Origin: Dehalococcoidales bacterium
Lineage (GTDB): Bacteria > Chloroflexota > Dehalococcoidia > Dehalococcoidales > Fen-1064
Assembly (NCBI GenBank): GCA_020342155.1
Contig: CP070842.1
Location: 555,930 to 619,929 of the forward strand
Length of the DNA: 64,000 nucleotides
Direction of reading: 5' to 3'
In this document: piece after piece, positions 47,220 to 56,409 of the stretch
Layout of the letters: every line of letters begins with the position of its first letter
How positions within the stretch are numbered: the stretch's first letter is position 1
The notes under the pieces: generated by a model
Told to the model about the DNA's origin: nothing
The model's input: the letters and a program-made list of their open reading frames with translations, nothing else
Database searches by the model: none
Program-made: the position numbers and the translations under genes

Positions 47220-49046
47220 CTATTTCATAGCTTTCTTTAAATCCTGGTCGATCCAGAGATACTTTACGGAGCCGGCATAGTTGTAGTAACCGACAGCATA
47301 TGTACCATAGTAGTTCTTTACCCACGGCCACCAGATCATGTAGTAATCCGGGACCACCGAGGGGATACAGTATGCCTGCTCGAGGAGCCACGGCATCAGT
47401 TCACGGTGGATTCTCATCATTTCGGCATCGTTGGTACCGGCGTACTGTTTTATCTCCGCATAAGCATCTTCAATCTCGGGTACACTGTAGTCCTCATTGA
47501 TATAGCTGACGTTGTAAGCACCCGGACCCCTGTAATTAATCATCTTCATGTAGGTACCATTACCAGCGGGAGTGATGTACATAATCTCGTAGGCGGTGTG
47601 GTTCCTGGCACGAGCCCGCGTGCTGTAGTCAGTGTAATCATGAATATCGAGTTGCATGTCGATGTTGATATCCGCCAGCATCTCCTGATACATGGAGAGG
47701 ATGTCTATCATTGCGGGCGTATTCCAGCAGATGACACTGCAGTCGAAACCCTCGGAGTAAGCAGTCTGGTCCAGTTTCGCCTGGGCTGCTGCTATGTCCG
47801 CTGGTCCATAGAACGCCTGGACATCCTCGGGCAGTTCCTCCAGGGGCATGTGGGCAGCCTTGTACTCGGTGGTGGGTGTTACCGGCCAAGTCACTAACTC
47901 ACCCGAGCCTTCCCAGTACTGGTCCCTTATCAGCGGTTGGTCTATGGCCAGCATCATCGCTTGCCTGACCTCTTTTACGCTGAAGGGTGACTCCGGCAGG
48001 TCTGTTCTGAAGAACATGCAGTTAGCCATATCGTAGAGGTAAGTCTTATATTCTATATCACTCATCTTGGGATCAGTAACAATGGGCTGGGCATCATTGT
48101 AGTTAATCAACTGCATGACGTCAAGCTGTTTGGAGCGAAAAGCTGCTTCCCTGACGGAGGGATCCGTGATGACCAAAGACTTGATTTTGTCTACATAGGG
48201 CAAGCGGTTTCCCTTACCCGGGCCGATGGGGTCGGTTTCCCAGTAGTCCGGGTTCTTAATGTAGGTGATCTGGCTGCTGGGTACGTAGTCGGATAGTATG
48301 AATGGCCCGGTGCCGACGACATTTTGCCAGTCTGACTCACCTCCGTATAGATCAATCACCTCGGGTGCTACGATTGACATGTAGTCGGGTATCAGGGTTA
48401 CCAGGTTAACCCACTGGTCTGCGGGAACTGTGACAGTTACCGTCCGCGCAATATTATCAACTGTTACCTCCGCGGTCCGACTCATTGTGGCATAAAAGTA
48501 CGCGAAATACCCCGTGGACATTGCCCTCTCTATGCTAAATCCGACATCTTCAGGCGTCAGTAGTCGGCCGTTTACCGGTGGCTTGTTCTGCCATCTGACC
48601 CCCTCGCGGATGTGGAAGACGATTGTCCCGAGTTCAGGTATTGTCCAGCTATCTGCCAGACAGCCGATCTTCAGGTCCATGCGATTATCGCCGCCATTGA
48701 TAAAATCAGACTCGCCTGTGCCTGCCGGTCCCTTTGTCCAGTCACCCTGCAATAGCTCATTATGGGTCATTTTAGAGCTGCCAACATAGACGTGACCTCC
48801 GTAGTTAGGCGGAAGTACTTCGTCAAAATACGGGGGATCCGCGGTCCGGGGGTATACGAATTCACCCCCATACTGCGGTACGCCATCGTCTCCTTCCTCC
48901 TCTTCTTCCTCCTCTTCTTCCTCCTCTTCTTCTTCCTCCTCTTCTTCCTCCTCCTGCTCACCAGGTCCTGTTCCATCGCAAGACCACGCCACCAGGGTCA
49001 ATACCATGATACAACTCAGAGATATCCATAAGAATTTTCTCTTCAC
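47220..49046 (-). CDS. Family-5 (DppA/OppA-type) ABC substrate-binding lipoprotein with a poly-Glu linker
   Basis: Signal peptide with lipobox-like LVAWSC, run of 20 Glu, then YGGEF..., ...NPDYWE... typical of SBP_bac_5. GTG start with AGGAGA upstream. Confidence 0.85.
   Translation of the reverse strand: MKRKFLWISLSCIMVLTLVAWSCDGTGPGEQEEEEEEEEEEEEEEEEEEEEGDDGVPQYGGEFVYPRTADPPYFDEVLPPNYGGHVYVGSSKMTHNELLQGDWTKGPAGTGESDFINGGDNRMDLKIGCLADSWTIPELGTIVFHIREGVRWQNKPPVNGRLLTPEDVGFSIERAMSTGYFAYFYATMSRTAEVTVDNIARTVTVTVPADQWVNLVTLIPDYMSIVAPEVIDLYGGESDWQNVVGTGPFILSDYVPSSQITYIKNPDYWETDPIGPGKGNRLPYVDKIKSLVITDPSVREAAFRSKQLDVMQLINYNDAQPIVTDPKMSDIEYKTYLYDMANCMFFRTDLPESPFSVKEVRQAMMLAIDQPLIRDQYWEGSGELVTWPVTPTTEYKAAHMPLEELPEDVQAFYGPADIAAAQAKLDQTAYSEGFDCSVICWNTPAMIDILSMYQEMLADINIDMQLDIHDYTDYSTRARARNHTAYEIMYITPAGNGTYMKMINYRGPGAYNVSYINEDYSVPEIEDAYAEIKQYAGTNDAEMMRIHRELMPWLLEQAYCIPSVVPDYYMIWWPWVKNYYGTYAVGYYNYAGSVKYLWIDQDLKKAMK
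48894..48953 (-). repeat. 60-nt GAA/GAG microsatellite-like tract encoding 20 consecutive Glu
   Basis: Plus strand reads (ttc/ctc)x20 with a partial 12-nt periodicity. Confidence 0.9.
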
Positions 49047-49186
49047 TACCTCTCATCTCCTTTCACTTGGGTGCGCAATTACTGCTGTCACTCCTGTTTC
49101 TGAAAGTCTCACATCTCGCACCTCCATAGCTGTAGATTGCAGCTTATGCACGGCTTGCTATTACTCGTCTGCTTGATTGTATTAGG

Positions 49187-49399
49187 CTAGCTGCTTGTCC
49201 AGTCTATTCTTCGTTCCAGAGTACTGCCTGACTCGCCGACTCTTTCAGCCGCCCGTAGATGTATTACCGAGCCCGATATGAAGTGGACAACGAGAAAGGC
49301 TATAGCAATTACCAGAAGGAGGGTGGGTTTAATTAATATCAATCTTCCCATAACGCAAGCACGTATATCTTTGCACTTGGTTGCTTCACAGCCACGCAA
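49187..49399 (-). CDS. Questionable small TM ORF in the leader of the SBP gene
   Basis: TTG start (internal ATG at 49349..49351), no SD, one hydrophobic helix (LLLVIAIAFLVVHFI). Confidence 0.2.
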   Translation of the reverse strand: MRGCEATKCKDIRACVMGRLILIKPTLLLVIAIAFLVVHFISGSVIHLRAAERVGESGSTLERRIDWTSS

Positions 49400-49476
49400 T
49401 CACGTGATCACCTCTATAGCCAGTTGTGTCTCATCTCTCCTGAGCTGTAGATATTCTGTTAATGCTCTGTTATTTC

Positions 49477-49600
49477 CAGATTAGCACTGGGCTAAAAGTG
49501 GTTCATCCGCCACGATACCCATTCTACCGGGCACACCTGGCCGAATATACCTAAGCAATCTGTGCACATTGAAAGCCATCAACAATATCATCCAGGCTTT
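49477..49600 (-). promoter_or_regulatory. Conserved promoter/operator module, copy C2 (-35 ATGAAC 49500..49505; TGC-TAATCT -10 49477..49482)
   Basis: Same blocks and the same 17-nt spacer as C1, C3 and C5. Points toward the small ORF and SBP gene, and is divergent from the RR2-HK2 promoter. Confidence 0.65.
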
Positions 49601-49614
49601 CCCATGCCAATACC

Positions 49615-49643
49615 TTTGAACTGTTCTTCGTGTCGGTGTACAA
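49615..49643 (+). promoter_or_regulatory. Sigma-70 promoter TTGAAC-N17-TACAAT for the RR/HK operon at 49687
   Basis: Hexamers at 49615..49620 and 49638..49643, 43 nt upstream of the ATG. Confidence 0.5.
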
Positions 49644-49686
49644 TTAGTTCGGTGTATTACACGATAACTAGAATGGTGGTCGGTCT

Positions 49687-50364
49687 ATGGACAAGATAAA
49701 GGTCGTTATTGCTGATGACCATGTACTCTTTCGTGAAGGAACCCGCAACCTTATTGAGCAAGAACCGGACCTGGAAGTCATCGGAGAAGCCGGCGACGGT
49801 GAGGAGGCTGTCAGGCTAGTAACTCAGCTCCACCCCCACGTCGCTTTAGTCGATATTGCTATGCCTAAAATCAATGGCATCGAAGTAACAAGACAGATGA
49901 AAGTTCACTGCCCCGCAACAGCAGCCCTAATCCTCACTGCTTATGATGATGACCCGTACGTGTTCGCCTTGTTGGAGGCTGGAGCTGCCGGTTATCTGCT
50001 CAAGAATGTCAGTGGAAAGGAACTCGTCAATGCCATTCGGGCAGTACATGACGGCGAGGCTGTACTCCACCCGACCATTGCTGAAAAGGTCTTTAGACGG
50101 ATTGCCACTTCAACACCGAAGCCGGAGGCTGCATCTCAAGTTAACGACCTTAGCGAGCGCGAAATGGAGGTGTTAAAACTGGCGGCAAAAGGGATGCATA
50201 ACCAAGATATTGCAGATAGACTCTATCTCAGCAGGCGAACAGTTCAATCTCATCTGACAAACATCTTTCAGAAGATGAATGTAGGCTCCAGAACCGAGGC
50301 AATAGTGCAAGCCTTTGGTAGGGGTTGGCTTACTCTGGATGACATTGTCGAGGAGCTGCCATAG
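49687..50364 (+). CDS. NarL/LuxR-family response regulator
   Basis: MDKIKVVIADDH...GEAGDGEEAV...MPKING; LuxR HTH. Confidence 0.9.
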   Translation: MDKIKVVIADDHVLFREGTRNLIEQEPDLEVIGEAGDGEEAVRLVTQLHPHVALVDIAMPKINGIEVTRQMKVHCPATAALILTAYDDDPYVFALLEAGAAGYLLKNVSGKELVNAIRAVHDGEAVLHPTIAEKVFRRIATSTPKPEAASQVNDLSEREMEVLKLAAKGMHNQDIADRLYLSRRTVQSHLTNIFQKMNVGSRTEAIVQAFGRGWLTLDDIVEELP

Positions 50365-50376
50365 GGAAGGTCACCG

Positions 50377-51843
50377 GTGAAACAAACACTCAGGCAGACA
50401 CTAAAGGTCCCTCATCTGTGGATTATACTCGCCATCATGGCTTTTGGGTCTATCGTCTACTACGCAGACCAGATTCCAATACTTGATGACATCGTATCGC
50501 AGGCACCAATACAGCTAGCCCGCTACTCAACGCACCGAATCCTGTCCATCATCCCAGTAGCATATGCAGCTTTTATTTTCCGGTTTCGAGGTGGAGCTAT
50601 CATCGCCACCGTTGTGAGCCTTGGCCTCCTGCCTCGGGCTTTGTTCATATCGTCACAAAGGCCCGAAGCATTGGCAGAAACAGTTGCTTTCTTCGCCATG
50701 GGTGTTTTCGTTAGCTGGCTAATTGACCGACAGCAGCAGTCCCTACGTCGATTGGAGAACACTCAACTGGAACTCATGGCATCACTCAAGACAGTCCAAG
50801 ACCAGCAGTACCAGTTGCAACTTTCCGAAGAGCGTTACCGAGGCTTATTTGAGAACGCTGGTGAAGCCATCTTTGTATGTTCTACCGATGGCGAGATTAC
50901 CTCGGCTAATAATGCCTGTGAACTGCTCACCGGGTATGACTACGACAGCCTGATAGCTACAACCATCTATGAGCTCTTTTCAGGAGAAGGTAAAGAAACA
51001 GTGAGGAGAATCTTCTCGGAGGGACTCGGCGGGAGAACCATCAGCGGGACTGATGAGCTTAGTTTAGCGAGAAAAGATGGGTCAGAGGCATTTATCAGGC
51101 TTGCCGTAAGTCCCTTGCCCAGCGGGAATCAGACAATTGCTTTGCAGGCCATCGCGACAGACGTCACCGAGGAAAGACGACTACGGAGTAATATGGAGTA
51201 CTACATTACCCAAATAACCAGAGCACAGGAGGACGAACGTCTGCGCATCTCCCGGGAACTTCACGATGATACAGCCCAGGTACTGGCCGGGCTATCCCGT
51301 GATATTGCCTCACTCACCACAGATGAAAGCATACTGCCACAGAACGTAGTAGAGGATTTGAAGACATTGCGCGAAACAGCCAACTCCATGCTGGAGGGAG
51401 TTCGACGTTTCAGTCAGGACCTCAGGCCCTCTATTCTGGATGACCTGGGTCTGGTCCCAGCACTTGAGTGGCTTCTCGATAATATAGAGAAGCAGCACGA
51501 TATTAAAACCGGGATCAGCATTACCGGGAACCAGCGCCGTCCGGTGCCAGAAAAGGAGTTGATTATTTTCCGTGTTGCACAGGAGGCGCTCAGCAATGTG
51601 AGAAGGCATTCTAATGCTTCGACCGTCGAGATGAGCATTGATATCGATGAGGCGGCATTGACACTCATCATAAGTGATAATGGTAGGGGCTTCGATATAC
51701 CGCAAAGAGCCAGCGACCTGGTTCAGTCTGGCAAACTGGGTATCGTGGGCATGAGGGAGAGAGCACGCCTTGTCGGCGGTACCCTGATTGTCCAATCAGA
51801 GTCTGGAAAGGGCACTACAGTAACTCTAAGAGTGCCTGAGTGA
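50377..51843 (+). CDS. Sensor histidine kinase (LPRALFIS TM module + PAS + HisKA_3 + HATPase_c)
   Basis: SRELHDDTAQ H-box, PAS (SEERYRGLFENAGEAIFV), N-terminal TM module shared with three other proteins. Confidence 0.9.
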   Translation: MKQTLRQTLKVPHLWIILAIMAFGSIVYYADQIPILDDIVSQAPIQLARYSTHRILSIIPVAYAAFIFRFRGGAIIATVVSLGLLPRALFISSQRPEALAETVAFFAMGVFVSWLIDRQQQSLRRLENTQLELMASLKTVQDQQYQLQLSEERYRGLFENAGEAIFVCSTDGEITSANNACELLTGYDYDSLIATTIYELFSGEGKETVRRIFSEGLGGRTISGTDELSLARKDGSEAFIRLAVSPLPSGNQTIALQAIATDVTEERRLRSNMEYYITQITRAQEDERLRISRELHDDTAQVLAGLSRDIASLTTDESILPQNVVEDLKTLRETANSMLEGVRRFSQDLRPSILDDLGLVPALEWLLDNIEKQHDIKTGISITGNQRRPVPEKELIIFRVAQEALSNVRRHSNASTVEMSIDIDEAALTLIISDNGRGFDIPQRASDLVQSGKLGIVGMRERARLVGGTLIVQSESGKGTTVTLRVPE

Positions 51844-51856
51844 GTATTAAAACTTC

Positions 51857-51902
51857 CGCCTTCCCAAAGGTCGGCTAATAACCAATCCAGGGAAGGCGTT
51901 TT
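51857..51902 (+). terminator. Rho-independent terminator candidate after the kinase gene
   Basis: CGCCTTCCC...GGGAAGGCG 9-bp stem (24-nt loop) followed by TTTT. Confidence 0.45.
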
Positions 51903-51944
51903 GAGTCCCGGACAATAGGCGACTACTGCGGTCTGATAGTCCCC

Positions 51945-52178
51945 TTACAGTGTCAACGTTAACTCTTCGCTTGTTCCTTTGTTAAGCGGCGTGATTGGCA
52001 GGCCTTCTGTTGTTAACCCTTCCAATTCACGGGCCTTCTTCTCTTCAGTAACGCGTCTCTTGCGTGCCTCCTTAACAGCTTCGTATATACCGCCAATGTT
52101 AAGGTACCAGACAAACGCTGCCGGAAAGAGTATGACCGGTATTATTACCACTAATGCTACTATCACCTGCCATTCCAT
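51945..52178 (-). CDS. Small (77 aa) single-TM protein, tandem paralog B1
   Basis: AAGGAGG-N8-ATG. MEWQVIVALVVIIPVILFPAAFVWYLNIGGIY..KEARKRR shared with B2. Confidence 0.6.
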   Translation of the reverse strand: MEWQVIVALVVIIPVILFPAAFVWYLNIGGIYEAVKEARKRRVTEEKKARELEGLTTEGLPITPLNKGTSEELTLTL

Positions 52179-52240
52179 TTTATACACCTCCTTCTGTACC
52201 TCTTTTATCTATCAGATGGGCACTTTAGGCTCTCCTTAAC

Positions 52241-52414
52241 CTATCGTTGCTCAGCCATTGCTACCCTGTGCTTTTCGTCAAGTACAGCCCTCTTCTTTCG
52301 GGCTTCTTTGATGACTATATATATGCCACCAATGTTCAGGTACCAGATAAAGACAACGGGGAAAAGGACGAAAGGTACTGCCACCACCAGGGCTACTACA
52401 AACTCCCACTGCAT
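52241..52414 (-). CDS. Small (57 aa) single-TM protein, tandem paralog B2
   Basis: AAGGAGG-N8-ATG. MQWEFVVALVVAVPFVLFPVVFIWYLNIGGIY..KEARKKR. Confidence 0.6.
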   Translation of the reverse strand: MQWEFVVALVVAVPFVLFPVVFIWYLNIGGIYIVIKEARKKRAVLDEKHRVAMAEQR

Positions 52415-52745
52415 GGCTAACACCTCCTTTCCTGATTTCCTTTCATTGGAGGCAAGGGTGAAGCGATGAAACTGAACCGAAGGGAATTCCTCGTTTTTCC
52501 TTTCCTCTTACCTCCACTGCTACTCTATCATTCGGTTATCAATCCTGACTTCCGTCGGACTACTCATTCCCTGCCTTATCTCTATCCCGAAGAACACACA
52601 GATATACTTGCCTTGATAGACACAATATACCTAGATAAAAGGGGGGGAACTGGGTTGAAATACCTACATGCCAAGGTAGATATGAGTCTTGTTGCCGAGT
52701 ATTGGCCGGGGTATCATGGAAATGAAAGAGATAAGGAGGGTACCA

Positions 52746-53411
52746 TTGGGTGGAATCCGAATCCTAATAGCTGATGACCATGTTGTCGTACGCGAGGGCA
52801 CTCGACGGGTGCTGGAGCAGGAACCGGACTTGACTGTTGTTGGCGAGGCTGGCGACGGAGAGGAAGCAGTCCGACTCACTGGCGCCTGCAACCCCGATGT
52901 TGCCATAATTGATATCAATATGCCCAGCGTCGACGGCATTAAAGCCACCGAACAGATAAAGACGCTATATCCCTCTGTCGCCGTGTTGATATTGACAGCC
53001 TATGACGACGACCAATTCATATTCCGCCTCTTAGAGGTCGGTGCAGCCGGCTACCTCTTGAAAAGCATACGGGGTCAGGAACTGATTGATGCGGTACGGG
53101 CTGTTTATGCTGGCGATTCAGTCCTTCACCCTTCTATCGCACGGAAGGTACTGAAACGTTTCCATCCCGAAACCGGAGAAATTATCGAACAGAAACCGCC
53201 TGATTTTCTAACAGAGCGTGAAATACAGGTGCTTATGCTGGCAACCCGAGGCCAGAGCAATCAGGAGATTGCTAATGAACTCTGTCTGAGTCTCCGTACC
53301 GTTCAGACGCACCTGGGTAATATCTTCAACAAGCTTCAGGTTGGCTCACGAACCGAAGCCGTGGTACGTGCCCTGAAACATGGCTGGATTACGCTTGAAG
53401 ATATACCCTGA
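52746..53411 (+). CDS. NarL/LuxR-family response regulator
   Basis: GIRILIADDH...GEAGDGEEAV...MPSVDG; LuxR HTH. Start placed at TTG 52746 (AAGGAGG 6 nt upstream), matching the N-termini of the paralogs; the ORF is open from 52689. Confidence 0.85.
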   Translation: MGGIRILIADDHVVVREGTRRVLEQEPDLTVVGEAGDGEEAVRLTGACNPDVAIIDINMPSVDGIKATEQIKTLYPSVAVLILTAYDDDQFIFRLLEVGAAGYLLKSIRGQELIDAVRAVYAGDSVLHPSIARKVLKRFHPETGEIIEQKPPDFLTEREIQVLMLATRGQSNQEIANELCLSLRTVQTHLGNIFNKLQVGSRTEAVVRALKHGWITLEDIP

Positions 53412-53446
53412 GGGTAAGGTTTAAAGAAAATAGTCGGGTATTAAAC

Positions 53447-54898
53447 ATGCAACGCTGGTCGGCATCAGATAGACTGAAAAGAATCGCTACTAAACCACAG
53501 TCGTGGTTTATACTGGCTTTACTTGTGTTGCTAACTGTTCCGCACTATGGGGACGCTATCAAACAGCCGGAATTCCTAACCAACGTATTAACCAACCTCG
53601 GAGTAACCCGCCATGCCTTTGAAAGAATTCTATACCTCGCACCAATAGTTTGGGCCAGTTTTCTTTTTGGCTGGAGAGGAGCCGTCTTAACCTCAACAGT
53701 TGCACTCGGATGCATGCTGCCCCGTGCTATTTTTATCTCGCCTAGTCCGTTGGATGCGATACTGGAAACGAGTGCCGTTTTTATACTCGGTAACGTACTG
53801 GCTATTGGCTTCGAATCACTCCGGAGAGAACGACAGCGCCGGACTGAATTAGAGGTAACACAGCACGAATTGGCAGCATCTGAACAAAGGTATCGGGCAT
53901 TATTCGAGAACGCACACGATGCTATCTGGGTCCAGGATATGGAAGGCAACATACTCGCTGCCAATGAAGCAACGGCAAAACTAACCGGCTACGCGGTAGA
54001 CAACCTTGCGCGGATGAATGTAACGGATTTCCTATCACAGGAAGGCCTAGAACTTGCCAGGAAAATACGACATCAGCTCCTCGAAGGGGAGACTCTTCAG
54101 GGAGCATACGACCAGAGTATAATCAAGAAAGACAGGACGGAGGCACTCCTACGCTTAAGTTCAAACTTGCTTCATCAAGATGGCGAACCAGTAGTTATTC
54201 AGCATATCGCGCGAGATATTACCGAGGAGAAACGGCTGCATGAGAACCTACGTTTTTATTTACACCAGGTCACCAGGGCTCAGGAAGAGGAGAGAAAACG
54301 TATATCATTAGAACTACATGACGAGACCATTCAGGCGTTGGTCGTTTTGTCCAGGCAACTGGATGAACTCGCCTCTAATGGTAGAAATATCTCTGACGAA
54401 AGTCGGCTTTGCTTGGAGGAATTACGAGAACAGACCAACAACACCATGCAAGGAGTACGTCGCCTGAGTCAGGATTTGCGGCCGGCTGCCCTAGACCGTC
54501 TCGGTCTTTTGGCTGCACTGGAACGGCTCGCCACCGACACCTCAGAATACTCTGGAATAGCCACCAGCATCAACGTAGTCGGTAGCGAACGTCGCCTTGA
54601 CGAAGAAGTGGAGCTAGTACTTTTCCGTATCACCCAAGAAGCGCTAAGAAATGTGTGGCGACACTCTCAGGCAACCAAGGCCGAAATCATGGTCCAGTTT
54701 GAAGAAGATGGAACGAGAATAACTATCAGGGACAACGGTAAGGGCTTCCATACCCCGCAACTGATGGGGGACCTTGCTAAAGATGGTAAACTTGGCTTGG
54801 CCGGGATGGAAGAGCGTGCCCGTCTTGTAGGAGGCTCACTCAAAGTGCAGTCTCAGCCATGTATTGGGACCACCTTAACAGTAGAGCTACCAATATAG
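53447..54898 (+). CDS. Sensor histidine kinase (LPRAIFIS TM module + PAS + HisKA_3 + HATPase_c)
   Basis: SLELHDETIQ H-box, PAS (SEQRYRALFENAHDAIWV). Confidence 0.9.
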   Translation: MQRWSASDRLKRIATKPQSWFILALLVLLTVPHYGDAIKQPEFLTNVLTNLGVTRHAFERILYLAPIVWASFLFGWRGAVLTSTVALGCMLPRAIFISPSPLDAILETSAVFILGNVLAIGFESLRRERQRRTELEVTQHELAASEQRYRALFENAHDAIWVQDMEGNILAANEATAKLTGYAVDNLARMNVTDFLSQEGLELARKIRHQLLEGETLQGAYDQSIIKKDRTEALLRLSSNLLHQDGEPVVIQHIARDITEEKRLHENLRFYLHQVTRAQEEERKRISLELHDETIQALVVLSRQLDELASNGRNISDESRLCLEELREQTNNTMQGVRRLSQDLRPAALDRLGLLAALERLATDTSEYSGIATSINVVGSERRLDEEVELVLFRITQEALRNVWRHSQATKAEIMVQFEEDGTRITIRDNGKGFHTPQLMGDLAKDGKLGLAGMEERARLVGGSLKVQSQPCIGTTLTVELPI

Positions 54899-54919
54899 CT
54901 ACTAGGAAGCATTGTCTTG

Positions 54920-55852
54920 TTACTTCGTCTCGGCACCGGGAGCCTTCACAAGAAGTAGAGGTTTGTTTCCCCTGTGCAGTACCTTCTCACCGACACTGCC
55001 GAAAACCCAGTGACCTACACTGGAGCGTTTGTTAATCGACATGGCTATCATATCAGCCCCGATGCCGTTAGCGAAATCGATGATTTCTTCGGCTGCATTA
55101 CCCGGTTTGACTTCAAGTCCTAGCGTCATACCATTCTCGTTCAGTTGCTTTCCGATACGTTCAAGGTAGTCCTCAGCGGGAATCTCGGCAGATGCTATCT
55201 GTTGTTCACGGTCTATGGTATATTCATACCCCTTGGTAGTGATAGTGTGGTAACTACCAGCCAACACTTGAAAAAGAACCACTTCCGCCCCTAGTCCGGA
55301 AGCAAGCCAGGCTACATGTGGAATCACCGCCTCGCTTTCTCGAGAACCATCCAGGGGCACTACTATCCTTTTTAATATTCCCTGCTCTGGTGCTGTACGA
55401 TGTCTCTCTTTAGCTCTAACGAGCATGATCGGTTTTTCTATAACCTTAATTACTCTATTGGCAACGCTTCCCAAGACCCAACGAGTGACACCTGAGTGTC
55501 CGTGAGTTGCCATTACAACAAGGCTAATTTCATCCTCCGCAGCGCAGTCTATGATTCCCTCGGCGGCCGTACTGCGTTTGAGATCAAGTGTTACAGCAAT
55601 ACCTTTCTCTTTAAGTCGGTCACGAACCTTTTCCAGGTACAAGCTAGCACTTGATTCTGAAGCAACTGTTTGCTCTAATGAGTAAGCTACTTCAATCGAT
55701 TCTGTATACACGTTATACATGTTCAAAGTAACCACTCTAAGCAATTTGATACCAGTACCGAGCTTGACTGCCAGCTCTTCAGCATAGGGTAGCACTACCT
55801 CAGCCAGTTCCGAACCGTCTAGAGGTACAAGTATTTCCTTATCCACGCTCAC
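54920..55852 (-). CDS. Tandem-domain universal stress protein (2x UspA)
   Basis: Two repeats of ILVPLDGS...ADMIAM/LVVMATHGHSG...GSV..KV. Confidence 0.85.
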   Translation of the reverse strand: MSVDKEILVPLDGSELAEVVLPYAEELAVKLGTGIKLLRVVTLNMYNVYTESIEVAYSLEQTVASESSASLYLEKVRDRLKEKGIAVTLDLKRSTAAEGIIDCAAEDEISLVVMATHGHSGVTRWVLGSVANRVIKVIEKPIMLVRAKERHRTAPEQGILKRIVVPLDGSRESEAVIPHVAWLASGLGAEVVLFQVLAGSYHTITTKGYEYTIDREQQIASAEIPAEDYLERIGKQLNENGMTLGLEVKPGNAAEEIIDFANGIGADMIAMSINKRSSVGHWVFGSVGEKVLHRGNKPLLLVKAPGAETK

Positions 55853-56154
55853 CCTCCCGATGTCTTTTTTCTCGAAATAGCATCGTATGAAATCAACCAG
55901 ACCTTATAAAAATACAGGATTGAATACGCTATACAGAACCTTGTCAGCCACGCTACCAAATACCTACCGACCAAACCCTACATTCCTGCAGACTGAAGGA
56001 CAATACCTGGCATTATCCTATCAGCATCCCACGAACCGGATAACAGATATAATCAGCTATCCCGCAAAGTATGGGCTTGCAGGTTCCTACAGAATATATT
56101 GTTTTCGTATCGCCTTTCCTTCTTTCTTATCATGATATAATGGGTACTTGACGT

Positions 56155-56340
56155 TTAGACTGCCCCTGATTTCGTGGCGCATACAGGATATGCCTGTAAC
56201 CTCTCCACTCCCGATGATCGCTCAGAATAAGTAATATGCCTCCTATAACCACACTGAAGGCATACTACATCTTTTCCAAGTGAACTCATTTCCAAGAAAA
56301 GGTCACCGTTACACTTGGGACACGCTTTCAACCAAAACAT
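56155..56340 (-). CDS. Small zinc-ribbon protein
   Basis: CPKCNG...CLQCGY; AAGGTGG 9 nt upstream of the ATG; downstream of promoter module C3. Confidence 0.5.
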   Translation of the reverse strand: MFWLKACPKCNGDLFLEMSSLGKDVVCLQCGYRRHITYSERSSGVERLQAYPVCATKSGAV

Positions 56341-56409
56341 AGATATCTACCACCTTAAATCCGACCCACTCGGCAATGACCACATTGATTATCTCCTACT
56401 TATAAATCC

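Noticed and set aside
48894-48953. Short-period repeat checked as a possible CRISPR or other spacer-repeat array; the window was also scanned for CRISPR-like arrays in general.
   Set aside because: The tract is a coding Glu codon run inside the SBP gene. I saw no repeat-spacer architecture anywhere in the window.
52522-52630. Possible fifth, degenerate copy of the promoter/operator module upstream of small protein B2.
   Set aside because: Identity to the other copies is only ~55-60%. A TGA-TAGAGT extended -10 can be found, but the -35 (AGTCAG) does not match ATGAAC at 17-nt spacing. It is mentioned in the finding but not annotated.
52466-52774. 102-aa ORF starting MKLNRREFL (Tat-signal-like) upstream of RR3.
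   Set aside because: No SD, no hydrophobic h-region consistent with a Tat signal, and low-complexity Pro/Leu content. It overlaps the SD and start of the response regulator, so it is probably non-coding promoter region (possibly holding a degenerate copy of the promoter module on the other strand).
55887-56135. 82-aa plus-strand ORF between the USP and zinc-ribbon genes.
   Set aside because: No SD, odd composition, and located in the intergenic region between two minus-strand genes. Probably spurious.
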